Below, one piece after another: positions 48,501 through 60,842 of a stretch of 64,000 nt of DNA (positions are counted from its first letter, which is position 1; each line of letters starts with the position of its first letter). The notes beneath the pieces were generated by a model, which saw only the letters and a program-made list of their open reading frames with translations, ran no database searches and was not told the origin of the DNA. The translations under genes were made by a program, and so were the position numbers. Source of the DNA: an uncultured Rhodospirillaceae bacterium (GTDB lineage: Bacteria; Pseudomonadota; Alphaproteobacteria; UBA2966); the NCBI GenBank assembly GCA_964343605.1, contig CAYFKJ010000006.1, forward strand, positions 153,133-217,132, read 5' to 3'.

Positions 48501-48772
48501 TAGAATTTGGCGTGAGCCGGAGGTCCACACCGCTCACGTCCCTCGCCGTCTTTCCCGATTTCCCGTTTTACGAGCTTGAATGATCGCAACCCGGGTGGGG
48601 TTTATGCCAGACGGCGTTACGCGTTTCGCTCCAGCGGTTGGGGGCCGAATGAAGCAAACAGCGCTGAGGTAATTATAAGTCTCAATTTCCCAAATACTCC
48701 AAACAAAATTTTGCGATTTTGGGCAATGGAGTAAGAAAATTCCTATTATTTGGTCGTTTTCTGGGAATTAAG

Positions 48773-49666
48773 TCACAGATTCGGTACATCCACCCCTGAC
48801 TGGCGGCAGCAGGCCGTCAGCGTATTCAGCAACAAACATGCGATCGTCATCGGTCCGACGCCGCCGGGAACCGGCGTAATCGCGCCGGCGACAGCGGCGG
48901 CCTCCTCGAAGGCCACATCTCCGACAACCCGGGTCTTGCCCTCGTCGGCGCCGGGAATGCGGTTCATGCCGACGTCGATCACGGTGGCACCCGGCTTGAT
49001 CCAGTCTCCGCGGATGAGTTCAGGTCGGCCCACGGCGGCGACAACGATATCGGCCCGGCGGACGACGGACGGCAGATCCCGGGTGCGCGAATGGGCGACG
49101 GTCACGGTACAGTTCTGCGCCATGAGCAGTGCCGCCATGGGCTTGCCGACGATGTTGGAACGCCCGACGATGACGACCTCGAGTCCGCTGAGGTCCCCGA
49201 GCGTATCGCGCAGCAACATCACGCAACCGAGCGGCGTACACGACACCAGGGCATCCTGTCCGGTGGCCAACAGGCCGGTATTGATGACGTGGAAGCCGTC
49301 GACGTCCTTGGCCGGATCGATAGCCGAAATAACGGCATGTTCGTTGATTTGATCCGGCAACGGCAACTGCACCAGGATGCCGTGAACCCGGGGATCGGCG
49401 TTGAGTTCCGCCACCTTGGCCAGCAGGGTCTCCTCGGTCGTGTCCTCGGGCATGCGGAACTCGAAGCCCTCCATGCCGGCTTCGATGGTCTGCCTGTTCT
49501 TGTTGCGCACGTAGATCTGGCTGGCCGGATCCTCGCCGACGAGCACGACCGCCAGTCCGGGCGTCAGGTTGTGATCGGATTTAAGCTTGGCCACCTGTTC
49601 GGCGATACGGGCCCTGAGATTGGCCGAAAAGGCGCGGCCATCGATGATTTTGGCGGTGGGTTCGGT
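48773..49666 (-). CDS. folD: bifunctional methylenetetrahydrofolate dehydrogenase / methenyl-THF cyclohydrolase
   Basis: Start [15 protein letters not shown]. Motifs [15 protein letters not shown] and [12 protein letters not shown]. Confidence 0.9.
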   Translation of the reverse strand, partial: TEPTAKIIDGRAFSANLRARIAEQVAKLKSDHNLTPGLAVVLVGEDPASQIYVRNKNRQTIEAGMEGFEFRMPEDTTEETLLAKVAELNADPRVHGILVQLPLPDQINEHAVISAIDPAKDVDGFHVINTGLLATGQDALVSCTPLGCVMLLRDTLGDLSGLEVVIVGRSNIVGKPMAALLMAQNCTVTVAHSRTRDLPSVVRRADIVVAAVGRPELIRGDWIKPGATVIDVGMNRIPGADEGKTRVVGDVAFEEAAAVAGAITPVPGGVGPMTIACLLLNTLTACCRQSGVDVPNL

Positions 49667-49692
49667 CATGAAACTACTCGCGGGTTGGGGGG

Positions 49693-50130
49693 TCAAACGT
49701 CGTCGGTCTCGTCGAAGTCACTGTCCGGGTCGGCATCCAAAAGCGCCCAGCTAATGCGTTCGGCATGTTCCGCCAGGGTCTCCTCGTCGGCCTCGACCGC
49801 GGCCTCAGGGTTTTCCCACGGCGTGCCGGGCCAGCCGGGGTCGCCTTCTTGGCGGGGAATAACATGCCAATGCAGCCAAGGCACGATATTTCCGAACGAA
49901 GCAACGTTCATCTTGTCCGCGTTGTAGAGTCTGGCCAGCGTCTGCGTAACAAGGCGTACCTCGCCCATCATTAGAAGGTACTCCTCACCATCCAGATCGT
50001 GTATCTCGCGCCACTCCTCCTGGGCGATGAGCAGGCAGCGGCCTGGATAGCTCCAGTCGCGCGCGAGGCGAACCTCGGTGGTTTCCAATTCGACCACCGG
50101 ATAGGTCGATGCGATCAACCTTTCGTCCAT
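49693..50130 (-). CDS. HIT-family (histidine triad) protein
   Basis: 145 aa with an HWHVIPR histidine-triad motif. Confidence 0.75.
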   Translation of the reverse strand: MDERLIASTYPVVELETTEVRLARDWSYPGRCLLIAQEEWREIHDLDGEEYLLMMGEVRLVTQTLARLYNADKMNVASFGNIVPWLHWHVIPRQEGDPGWPGTPWENPEAAVEADEETLAEHAERISWALLDADPDSDFDETDDV

Positions 50131-50133
50131 TGG

Positions 50134-52089
<1,956 letters not shown>

Positions 52090-52248
52090 GGGCGCATCCT
52101 CAACGGCAAGTCACAAAATTTACGTCTCGTGCGCGGAGTATAGCGCGGCCCAATTTTCTGCCAAGCGCCGCGTCGAACATCCCGGCGCAGGGCTGCCATG
52201 CATCGGCGCGGCTGGTGTAAAACGTGCCTGCCGTATACCCTTGGCCGA

Positions 52249-53250
52249 ATGGGGAATTCCGAAAAAACAGAAGCGATCGGCGCCGGCGGCGCTTCCGATG
52301 CGCTCCGCGCAGCCTTGTGGATGGTTGCAGCGTGTGCTGGCTTCGCTTGCATGACGGGCGTGATCCGGCACATTTCGGAGACCTTGCCACCCTTCGAAAT
52401 TGTGTTCTTCCGCAATCTCTTCGGTTTGCTGGCGCTGACGCCGTGGCTCATGAGGAACGGTGTCTCCGCCCTCAAAACCGATCGCCTGGGGCTCTATTCG
52501 GTTCGGGCGCTGACCGGACTGACGGCCATGATGACCTGGTTTTGGGCTGTCAGCATCGTGCCGTTGGCAGACGCCACCGCGCTGTCGTTCACGGCGCCAA
52601 TGTTCGCTACCGTTTTGGCGGTGTTCTTCCTCGGTGAAACGGTCCGCCTTAGGCGCTGGTCGGCGACACTGATCGGCTTCGGCGGCGCCATGATCATCTT
52701 GCGGCCCGGCGTCGGCGAGCTCGACCCCGCCCTGCTGATCGTGCTGATCTCGGCCGCTGCCATGTCCATGTCGGGAATCTTCGTCAAGAAGCTGACGTCG
52801 ACGGAAAGCCCGGCCAAAGCCGTGGCCTGGTCGGGCATCATGATGGTGCCGCTCTCGTTCGTGCCCGCGCTTTTGGTTTGGCAATGGCCTACCGGCGAGG
52901 CCTGGGTCTGGCTCATCATCCTGGGCATTGCCGCGACGGGATCGCACATCGCCATGAACCGCTCAATATCCTTGAGCGATATCACAGCCGTACTGCCTTA
53001 CGATTTCACCCGCCTGCCGTTCGCCGCGCTGGTCGGCTACCTGGCCTTCGACCAGATGCCGGATCTCTGGACCTGGGTCGGCGCCGCCGTGATCTTTACC
53101 AGTTCCATCTATATCGCCCGGCGGGAATCCCGCTTGCGGCCGGACGATCCGCTGCCCACCGCCGCCGCCGCCGGAACGGCCCGGCCCGCCGACGTCGGCC
53201 TGGAGGTCGAAGCCGGCTCCGCGCGGGGCGGCCGGAAGGCCACCGAATGA
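52249..53250 (+). CDS. DMT-superfamily (EamA) transporter
   Basis: Start MGNSEKTEA. 10 TM helices in two EamA repeats. Confidence 0.8.
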   Translation: MGNSEKTEAIGAGGASDALRAALWMVAACAGFACMTGVIRHISETLPPFEIVFFRNLFGLLALTPWLMRNGVSALKTDRLGLYSVRALTGLTAMMTWFWAVSIVPLADATALSFTAPMFATVLAVFFLGETVRLRRWSATLIGFGGAMIILRPGVGELDPALLIVLISAAAMSMSGIFVKKLTSTESPAKAVAWSGIMMVPLSFVPALLVWQWPTGEAWVWLIILGIAATGSHIAMNRSISLSDITAVLPYDFTRLPFAALVGYLAFDQMPDLWTWVGAAVIFTSSIYIARRESRLRPDDPLPTAAAAGTARPADVGLEVEAGSARGGRKATE

Positions 53251-54191
53251 GCGACGCCTGGTTCGAAGCGCTCCTGCCCGGATTTTCGCGTGCCTGGAGG
53301 AAGCTCCCGCCCAACGCCCGCGGCGCGCTCTGGATGATGGTGGGGGCAGTATTTTTCTCCTGTATGGCGGTGCTGATCAAATCCTTGGGCGGCAGGCTGG
53401 GATCGCCCGTCATCACCCACTTCCGGGCGTTGTTCGGTCTGGCGGTTGTGATGCCCTTTGCCCTGCGTTACGGCGTCGGGGGGCTGAAGACGGAACGCCT
53501 GCCGCTGCACATCCTGCGCGGCGCGATCGGGTCCTGCGCCATGATGCTGGGGTTTTACTCGCTCACCAAACTGCCGCTGGCCGATGCCGTGGCGCTTTCG
53601 TTCACGAGGCCGTTTTTTCTCATCGTACTTGCGGTGATCTTCCTCGGCGAAGTCGTCCGCGTTCGCCGCTGGAGCGCCACCGCTGTCGGCTTCATCGGGG
53701 TGGTGGTGATGGTGCGGCCGACAGGAACGGTCGAAATCGCTACCTTCGCCGCCATTCTGGGCGCTTTGCTGGTGGCGGGGGCCGTGGTTTGCGTCAAGAA
53801 ACTCTCCACCACGGAACGCCCTTCGGTCCTGCTCTTCTATTTCGGCATCGTCTCCTGTCTCGTGACGTTGGGACCGGCGGTGGTCTATTGGCGTACGCCC
53901 ACGGCACTCGAGTTTGCGGCACTGATCGCGGTCGGCGCCACGGCGGCGACGGGCCAGGCCTGCGTCGTCCGGGGCCTCGCCGTCGGCGACGCCACGGCGG
54001 TGGCGCCGTTCGACTACACCCGACTGCTGTTCGCCGCCGCGTTCGGCTACCTGGTCTTCGGCGAGGTGCCGGACGCCTGGATGTGGACAGGGGCCGCCAT
54101 TGTGGTTACCGCGTCCGTCTACATCGCCCAGCGGGAAATTCGCCTGGGCCGGCGGGAAACCGCCACGGCGCCGCCGCGCGAAGGCAATTGA
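53247..54191 (+). CDS. DMT-superfamily (EamA) transporter, paralogue of the upstream gene
   Basis: Start MSDAWFE overlaps the upstream stop (ATGA). Same two-EamA-repeat architecture. Confidence 0.8.
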   Translation: MSDAWFEALLPGFSRAWRKLPPNARGALWMMVGAVFFSCMAVLIKSLGGRLGSPVITHFRALFGLAVVMPFALRYGVGGLKTERLPLHILRGAIGSCAMMLGFYSLTKLPLADAVALSFTRPFFLIVLAVIFLGEVVRVRRWSATAVGFIGVVVMVRPTGTVEIATFAAILGALLVAGAVVCVKKLSTTERPSVLLFYFGIVSCLVTLGPAVVYWRTPTALEFAALIAVGATAATGQACVVRGLAVGDATAVAPFDYTRLLFAAAFGYLVFGEVPDAWMWTGAAIVVTASVYIAQREIRLGRRETATAPPREGN

Positions 54192-54266
54192 ACGAGCAGT
54201 CGACTATCTGCTACATCACCTCTTGAACAATGTTTCCCCACCCAACTAAATCAGACGGAGAACCCC

Positions 54267-55028
54267 ATGGATATTAACGGACTTGCCGCCATCGTGACCG
54301 GCGGCGGCTCAGGACTGGGCGAAGCCACGGCTCGCCGGCTGGCTGCCGCCGGCGCCAAGGTCGCCTGCCTCGACGTCAACGCGGAGGCGGCCGAGAAGGT
54401 TGCCGGTGAAATTGGCGGCGTCGGCGTATCCTGCGACGTCACCGACGGGCCCGGCACCGAGGCCGCCATCGCCCAGGCCGCCGAAGCCCACGGCCTCGCG
54501 CGCATCGTCGTCAACTGCGCCGGCGTCGGCATTCCCGGCAAGGCCGTCGGGCGCAACGGCCCACTGCCCCTGGAGGACTTCGCCAAGGTCGTCAACATCA
54601 ACCTGATCGGTACGTTCAACGTCTGCCGCCTGACGGCCCACGCCATGCAGCAGGAACCGACCATCGACGACAATGCCCGCGGCGTCATCATCAACACCGC
54701 TTCGGTGGCGGCCTTCGACGGTCAGATCGGCCAGCCCGCCTACGGTTCGTCCAAGGGCGGCGTCGCTGCCATGACGCTGCCGCTGGCGCGTGAATTCGCC
54801 CAGTGGGGCATCCGCGTCTGCACCATCGCGCCGGGCCTGTTCGCCACGCCGATGATGTTCCTGCTGCCTGAGGAAGCGCAGAAGAGCCTCGGTGACAGCG
54901 TGCCCTATCCCTCGCGCCTCGGCGATCCCGACGAGTACGCCCAACTGGCGCAGCACATCTGCGAGAACCAGATGCTCAACGGCGAAACCATCCGCCTCGA
55001 CGGTTCGCTCAGGATGGCGCCGCGCTAA
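54267..55028 (+). CDS. short-chain dehydrogenase/reductase (3-hydroxyacyl-CoA dehydrogenase type-2-like)
   Basis: TGGGSGLG cofactor motif, NCAG, and the catalytic S...YGSSK signature. Confidence 0.85.
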   Translation: MDINGLAAIVTGGGSGLGEATARRLAAAGAKVACLDVNAEAAEKVAGEIGGVGVSCDVTDGPGTEAAIAQAAEAHGLARIVVNCAGVGIPGKAVGRNGPLPLEDFAKVVNINLIGTFNVCRLTAHAMQQEPTIDDNARGVIINTASVAAFDGQIGQPAYGSSKGGVAAMTLPLAREFAQWGIRVCTIAPGLFATPMMFLLPEEAQKSLGDSVPYPSRLGDPDEYAQLAQHICENQMLNGETIRLDGSLRMAPR

Positions 55029-55038
55029 AAGACCAAAG

Positions 55039-55446
55039 ATGAAAACCCCGCCGCAATCCAACGATTTCTGGCCCAGCGCCGCGGACATCGAGACGATTGC
55101 GGCGGCGGTCTATGCCGAACTCCCGGAGCGCTTCAAGGCCTCCATCAAGGATATCGTCTTTCGGGTCGAGGAATTTCCAGACGACGAGATCTGCGCCGAT
55201 TTCGATCTCGACTCCCCATTCGATCTGCTGGGCCTTTATCAGGGTCTCAGCCTCGATCGCCAGTCGGTATCGGACATCGGCGGCGCGCTCGACATGATCT
55301 TCCTCTACCGCCGCCCCATCATCGACTACTGGCAGGCTGAAGGCGGCGATCTGGCGCACATCGTCCAGCACGTCCTGATCCACGAAATCGGCCATCACTT
55401 CGGATTTTCGGACGCCGACATGGAGGCTATCGAGCGCGATGCGTGA
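55039..55446 (+). CDS. zincin-like metallopeptidase-family protein (DUF1025-like, HExxH)
   Basis: Start MKTPPQSNDF. C-terminal VLIHEIGHHFG zinc-binding motif. Confidence 0.65.
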   Translation: MKTPPQSNDFWPSAADIETIAAAVYAELPERFKASIKDIVFRVEEFPDDEICADFDLDSPFDLLGLYQGLSLDRQSVSDIGGALDMIFLYRRPIIDYWQAEGGDLAHIVQHVLIHEIGHHFGFSDADMEAIERDA

Positions 55447-55524
55447 GACAATTTGCGCTCTTGACCCCGACTAAAGGCCGCTCGAAACTTGTGCTTAGGC
55501 CACAAGGACCAACCGGAGGTCGGC

Positions 55525-57999
55525 ATGGCGTCATCCGATCATGTGCCCGGCGCGCTGAGACCTGAGCAGCTCTATTCGAGATGTGATCCCGAAACACTGC
55601 CTTTCGGCCGCACCGACGAAGCCGATGGATACACAGGTGTACTGGGCCAAGACCGGGCTGTCGAGGCCGTCCAGTTCGGCATCGGCATCCGGCGCAAGGG
55701 GTATAACCTCTTTGTCCACGGACCAGAGGGCACGGGTCGTCATTCCACTGTGCGGGAATTTCTCGATCGCCGCGCCGCCGGCGAGGCGGTACCTGCCGAC
55801 TGGTGCCTCGTCAACAATTTCGCTGCACCCCACCAGCCCCTGGCCATCGAATTGCCGGCCGGCCGGGGGGCGCTGTTTCGTGATGACATTTCGGGACTGC
55901 TTGAGGAGCTCGACACCGCCATCCCCTCCGTCTTCGAAGCGGAAGACTACCGCGCCCGCCGCCAATCCATCGACGAATCGTTCAAGGAGCGCCAGGAGGA
56001 GGCGTTCGAGTCGCTGCAGGAAAAGGCACGGGAATTCGATATCGCGCTGGTTCGCACGCAGATGGGCTTCGCGCTGGCGCCCATGAAGGACGGCGAGGTG
56101 ATCGCGCCGGAGGCCTTCAAGGAACTGGATGATGCGGCGCGCGCCAAATTCGAAGAGGACCTGGAAGTACTGCAAAAGGAATTGCAGGAAACGGTCCAGC
56201 AACTGCCGGCCTGGGACAAGGAACGGCGCGAACAAATCCGCGACCTCAACCGTGAAGTCACGATGTACGCAGTGGGCCATCTGATTGATGCCCTACGTGA
56301 CGCCTATGACGAGTTTCCCCGGGTCACAGAGTATCTCACCGCATTGCAGGGCGACGTGGTCATCAATGCCGACGCCTTCATGAAATCCGACGAGAGCGCC
56401 GCGCCGCTGCAGGCGCTGGCGGCCATGAAGCCGCCCCAGGAAGCCGATGTGACGCGACGCTACGTCGTCAATCTCATGGTGGACAACGCCCACACCGTCG
56501 GCGCGCCGGTGATCTATGAAGACATGCCGAGCTATTCCAATCTGATCGGGCGGGTCGAACACATCTCCCAGATGGGCGCTCTGGTCACGGATTTCGCCAT
56601 GATCAAGGCGGGCTCCCTGCACCGCGCGAACGGCGGCTATCTGCTGATCGATGCGTACAAGCTGATGATGCAGCCCTATGCCTACGAGGCGCTGAAGCGG
56701 GCCATCACGGCCGGCAGCGTTCGAATCGAATCACTCGGCCAGGTGCTCAGCCTCGTCAGTACGGTTTCTCTGGAGCCCGAACCCATCCCCATCGACGTCA
56801 AGGTGGTGCTGATCGGCGCGCCTCGGCTTTACTACATGCTCAACCAACTCGATCCCGAATTCGCCGATCTCTTCAAGGTTTCGGTGGATTACGGTTGGGA
56901 TATGCCGCGCGAGGACGGCAACACGGCGGCCTATGCAAACCTCATCGCGACCTTGTCGGCCAAGGAAGACTTGAAGGCTTTCGATGCACCGGCGGTCGCC
57001 CGCCTGATCGAGTTCGGCGCCCGCGAGGCTGACAACGCCGGCAAGCTTTCCACGCAAATGGGCCATGTCGCCGACGTTATGCGCGAAGCCGACTACTGGT
57101 CTCAGCAGGCTGGCAATGGGGTTGTGGGCGCAGCGGACGTGCAGGCCGCCATCGATGCCCGTATCAGGCGCGTCGACGCCATGAGGGAACGCAGCCAGGA
57201 AGCGATTGCAGATGGCCTCAAACTGATCGACACGGAAGGCGCCAAAGTAGGCCAAATCAATGGCCTATCGGTGCTGTCGCTGGGCGCCTTCGCGTTTGGC
57301 GGCCCGAGCCGCATTACCGCCCGCGTCCGGCTCGGTAAGGGGCAGGTGGTCGACATCGAACGCGAGGTGGAACTGGGCGGGCCGATCCACTCAAAAGGCG
57401 TGCTGATCCTGTCGTCGTTCCTGGGCGGCCGTTTCGCATTGAACCGCCCGCTCTCCCTCTCCGCCAGCTTGGTCTTTGAACAGTCCTACGGCGGAGTCGA
57501 TGGGGATTCGGCATCATCGGCCGAACTCTATGCGCTGTTGTCGGCACTTTCCGAAACGCCCATCAGGCAATGCTATGCCGTAACGGGCTCGGTCAATCAG
57601 ATGGGCGAGGTCCAGGCCATCGGCGGCGTCAACGAAAAGATCGAAGGCTTCTTCGACATCTGTTCCGCCCGCGGCCTGAGCGGCGAACAGGGCGTCCTGA
57701 TTCCTACAGCAAACGTCCGACACCTGATGTTGCGAACGGACGTCGTAAAAGCCTGTAGTGAGGGCAAGTTTTCCGTCATTCCCATTGCGACGATCGATGA
57801 GGGTATTGAAATTCTCACCGGCGTAACAGCGGGGCTGCGTGACGATAAGGGTGACTTCCCGGCCGGATCGGTCAACCATCTGGTTGAACGGAAGTTGATC
57901 GACATGGCGGATGATCTCAGGAAGTTCAGCCAATCGCCGGACAAGGACAAAGCCGGCGGCCCCGAGGACTCGGATAGCAGCCGGGAGGCCACCAGGTGA
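55525..57999 (+). CDS. Lon-like ATP-dependent protease (COG1067 / LonB-like: AAA+ ATPase plus S16 peptidase domain, no Lon N-domain)
   Basis: Walker A FVHGPEGTGRHS, a long helical insert, Walker B region GYLLID, and a C-terminal Lon proteolytic domain (GPSRITARV...DGDSASSAELYALLSALS...KIEGFFDIC) with the Ser-Lys dyad context. Confidence 0.8.
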   Translation: MASSDHVPGALRPEQLYSRCDPETLPFGRTDEADGYTGVLGQDRAVEAVQFGIGIRRKGYNLFVHGPEGTGRHSTVREFLDRRAAGEAVPADWCLVNNFAAPHQPLAIELPAGRGALFRDDISGLLEELDTAIPSVFEAEDYRARRQSIDESFKERQEEAFESLQEKAREFDIALVRTQMGFALAPMKDGEVIAPEAFKELDDAARAKFEEDLEVLQKELQETVQQLPAWDKERREQIRDLNREVTMYAVGHLIDALRDAYDEFPRVTEYLTALQGDVVINADAFMKSDESAAPLQALAAMKPPQEADVTRRYVVNLMVDNAHTVGAPVIYEDMPSYSNLIGRVEHISQMGALVTDFAMIKAGSLHRANGGYLLIDAYKLMMQPYAYEALKRAITAGSVRIESLGQVLSLVSTVSLEPEPIPIDVKVVLIGAPRLYYMLNQLDPEFADLFKVSVDYGWDMPREDGNTAAYANLIATLSAKEDLKAFDAPAVARLIEFGAREADNAGKLSTQMGHVADVMREADYWSQQAGNGVVGAADVQAAIDARIRRVDAMRERSQEAIADGLKLIDTEGAKVGQINGLSVLSLGAFAFGGPSRITARVRLGKGQVVDIEREVELGGPIHSKGVLILSSFLGGRFALNRPLSLSASLVFEQSYGGVDGDSASSAELYALLSALSETPIRQCYAVTGSVNQMGEVQAIGGVNEKIEGFFDICSARGLSGEQGVLIPTANVRHLMLRTDVVKACSEGKFSVIPIATIDEGIEILTGVTAGLRDDKGDFPAGSVNHLVERKLIDMADDLRKFSQSPDKDKAGGPEDSDSSREATR

Positions 58000-58826
58000 G
58001 CGCTTCGGCGGAGAAGGATTCGGGACGGCCTTCGGCGCATCTGCTGCTGGCGCTTGACGCTTCGCTGGGCGGAGAGATCGCCACGAATTCAGCCGTTCGG
58101 ATGGCCGCCAGGCTGGGGGCCGACATCGAAGGACTGTTCGTCGAGGACGACAACCTCCTACGCGCTGCTGGATTGCCCTGTTCCCGGCTGGTCCGGCTCT
58201 CAACAGCGCGGATCGAGGAATTCACCACCGAATCGATGGCTCGGGACCTCCGGCTGCAAGCCCGCACGGCTCGCCGGGCCTTGGCTGATGCCGCGGATCG
58301 GCGAAACATCAACTGGACTTTCACGGTCGCCCGCGGAGCGGTTGGCGAAAAAATACTGGCGGCCGCGCCGGCGTCCGAGTTGGTGGTAATGGGACGCGCC
58401 ACACGAGGGAACCGGCCCCGTCTCGGATCGACCGCACGCTGCCTGGCGGCGGAGGCGCCGGCCGTACTGTTCGCCTGCGAAGTCAAATCCACGGGTCCAG
58501 TGCTCGTCGATTTTACCGGCAGCGCCTCTAGCCGCCGGGCGTTGTCATTGGCGGCCAAGCTCGCTTTGCCCGGTGAAGGGCTTGTCGTCTTGCTTTCCGG
58601 TGATGGGGCATCTCATGCCGAGGCAGAAAAAATCCTTCGGGGCTTTCGATTTGAGGCTCGCTACCGCGTACTCAAAGGCATGGGACTGACGACTTTGGAG
58701 CTCGCCGTACACGAGACGGCGGGTGAGATGCTGGTCGTCGCTGCCGACAATCCGGCCCTTGCCGAATTTCCCATCGAAAAGGCCATAGAAGCTCTCGACC
58801 TGCCTGTTCTGCTTGTCCGCCAATAG
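57996..58826 (+). CDS. tandem universal-stress-protein-like (adenine nucleotide alpha-hydrolase-like) protein, partner of the Lon-like protease
   Basis: 276 aa with two USP-like halves (HLLLALDASLGGE...ELVVMGRATRG and PVLVDFTGSASSRRAL...EMLVVAADNP). GTGA overlap with the protease stop. Confidence 0.55.
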   Translation: MSASAEKDSGRPSAHLLLALDASLGGEIATNSAVRMAARLGADIEGLFVEDDNLLRAAGLPCSRLVRLSTARIEEFTTESMARDLRLQARTARRALADAADRRNINWTFTVARGAVGEKILAAAPASELVVMGRATRGNRPRLGSTARCLAAEAPAVLFACEVKSTGPVLVDFTGSASSRRALSLAAKLALPGEGLVVLLSGDGASHAEAEKILRGFRFEARYRVLKGMGLTTLELAVHETAGEMLVVAADNPALAEFPIEKAIEALDLPVLLVRQ

Positions 58827-58847
58827 AGACGCGGGCTATGTAAGGGT

Positions 58848-59222
58848 ATGGACACCATCAACCTCGCTGAAAAACTCGCCTCCTTCGACGAACACTGGTC
58901 GCCCAAACTGATCGCCGAGGTCAACGGCCAGGGAATCAAGGTCGTCAAGGTGCTGGGCGAATTCGTCTGGCACCACCACGCCGATGCCGACGAACTTTTC
59001 CTCGTGATTCGCGGCAGCCTGCGCATGCTTTATCGCGATGCCGACGGCGCCGAGCTGGAAAGCACGGCCGGGCCGGGCGAGTTTATCGTCGTGCCGCGTG
59101 GCGTCGAACACTGTCCCGTCGCCGATGAGGAAGTCGAGATCCTGCTGATCGAACCCACCGATCTGCTCAACACCGGCAACGTCCGTGATGCCAAAACGGT
59201 CGACAGGATCGACCGGATTTAG
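58848..59222 (+). CDS. cupin-domain protein
   Basis: 124 aa with a cupin-2 signature (GEFVWHHHADADELFLVIRG...FIVVPRGVEH). Confidence 0.8.
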   Translation: MDTINLAEKLASFDEHWSPKLIAEVNGQGIKVVKVLGEFVWHHHADADELFLVIRGSLRMLYRDADGAELESTAGPGEFIVVPRGVEHCPVADEEVEILLIEPTDLLNTGNVRDAKTVDRIDRI

Positions 59223-59225
59223 AAA

Positions 59226-59993
59226 CTAATGCTGGAAGGCTTTGCTGGCGGGAACCGCCAAGCCGTAGGTTCGGCCGGAGTTCATCCCGGTGCCCACATG
59301 GACACCGATCACCGACAGGCGGTCGCCGCGACGGATCAAAATGGGCGATCCGCTGTCGCCCTCGATGGCGTCGCAGTTGTGTTTCAAAAGGCGTCCGTTT
59401 TCGTTGTACCCAAGAACCTCGCAACCGGTATTGAGCGAAAGCGACATCGCCATGTCCTTGCTGTATCCGGCCTGCAGCACGGCCACCGTCGTTTCGGGCA
59501 ACCCTTCCAGATCGGCCGGCTTCAGTCGGCCGATGGGGATGAAGCCGAAATCCTCCGCCGCCGGATTGGTCAGCGTCAGGATGGCCCAGTCGTTGGCCGT
59601 GTGCCGAGGGCTGGCGCCGAATTTCTCGGGGTAGTTCGCAGCCCTGCGGTAGGACGCGACGGGAGAGTGCGCGGCCGCGGTGCCCCGGCTGTAGCCAGCT
59701 TGGAAATGAAGGAAATCAGGCGGCGCCCAGCGCCATTCCTTGTGATCCCAAAGGCAATGCGCAGCCGTTAGTACTTCGCTGGGGCTGATCAAGGTGCCGG
59801 TGCAGTGGCGTCCGTTCAATATGTTGATGCGCCCCACGGCGCGCCAGGGGTAGCCCCGGGCGTCGATCTTGACCCGGTTGTCTTCGCCCAGCACGCCCAA
59901 TTTCTTGACCTTGGCGTCGGCGGGTGCCGTCAAACCCGAAACGCCCATGGCGAACACGATGAAGAGGATGATGAGGCGCGGGACCCGGTGCAT
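59226..59993 (-). CDS. secreted trypsin-like serine protease (S1 family)
   Basis: Signal peptide. Catalytic triad context TAAHC (His), D in NDWAIL, and GDSGSP (Ser). Confidence 0.85.
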   Translation of the reverse strand: MHRVPRLIILFIVFAMGVSGLTAPADAKVKKLGVLGEDNRVKIDARGYPWRAVGRINILNGRHCTGTLISPSEVLTAAHCLWDHKEWRWAPPDFLHFQAGYSRGTAAAHSPVASYRRAANYPEKFGASPRHTANDWAILTLTNPAAEDFGFIPIGRLKPADLEGLPETTVAVLQAGYSKDMAMSLSLNTGCEVLGYNENGRLLKHNCDAIEGDSGSPILIRRGDRLSVIGVHVGTGMNSGRTYGLAVPASKAFQH

Positions 59994-60053
59994 GGGCGCA
60001 CACTAAACCAAGCTGCGGCCAATGCGAATAAACAATCGGTGAGAGAGCGTGGA

Positions 60054-60767
60054 TTACGAGTCTAATAACTTGTCCACGTATGCCGGAACGACCTCCGTCG
60101 CCGGCCCGTGAATGCATTCCGCGAACAGGGTTGCCCCCTCTGACGGTTCCAGGTTGAGCTCCGCCGTATGGGCGCGGCCCCGCCGCCGGACTTCGGAGAC
60201 GTAACCGGCCGCCGGATAGACATTGCCGGACGTGCCGATGGAGAGGAAGAGGTCGCAGGCCGCCAAGGCGCTGTCGATGCGGTCCATCTCGAAGGGCATT
60301 TCGCCGAACCAGACGACATGCGGGCGCATAAAGCTTTGGCTGCCGCAGGCGGTGCACTTCGTTTCCAGGTAAATGTCCTCGGTACAGACCGTGATGTGTC
60401 CGCAGTTGGCGCAACGCGCCTTCAGCAGTTCACCGTGCATGTGCAGGACATTCCTGCTGCCGCCCTTCTCGTGGAGGTCATCGACGTTTTGCGTGACGAT
60501 GAGGACATCGGCCGGATGTTCGGCCTCTAGCCGCGCCAGGGCGACATGGGCGGCGTTCGGTTCGGCGTTGACCAGGTTCTTGCGCCGGGCGTTATAGAAA
60601 TCGTGGACCATGACCGGATCGCGTGCGAACCCTTCCGGGGTCGCGACGTCCTCGAGATTGACCTTGGTCCACAGACCGTCGACGTCGCGGAAGGTGCCGA
60701 GACCCGATTCTGCGGAAATGCCGGCGCCGGTGAGGATGACGATGGATTTGTAGTCACTACTGGACAT
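60054..60767 (-). CDS. NAD-dependent protein deacylase (Sir2/sirtuin family)
   Basis: Start MSSSDYK. GAGISAESG NAD-binding motif, Zn-ribbon CANCGH...CTACG, HG catalytic His and VVWFGE. Confidence 0.85.
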   Translation of the reverse strand: MSSSDYKSIVILTGAGISAESGLGTFRDVDGLWTKVNLEDVATPEGFARDPVMVHDFYNARRKNLVNAEPNAAHVALARLEAEHPADVLIVTQNVDDLHEKGGSRNVLHMHGELLKARCANCGHITVCTEDIYLETKCTACGSQSFMRPHVVWFGEMPFEMDRIDSALAACDLFLSIGTSGNVYPAAGYVSEVRRRGRAHTAELNLEPSEGATLFAECIHGPATEVVPAYVDKLLDS

Positions 60768-60842
60768 GTGCGCGACCCGTTCGAACTTTGCCGGTACAAT
60801 GCCTCCCGAACGAAATCGACGCAAGTTGGAGGGTCTCCGCGA

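Noticed and set aside
52878-53246. N-terminal extension of the listed ORF 52878-54191
   Set aside because: Overlaps the first EamA gene. The Arg/Pro-rich extension is not protein-like, and the real start is MSDAWFE at 53247.
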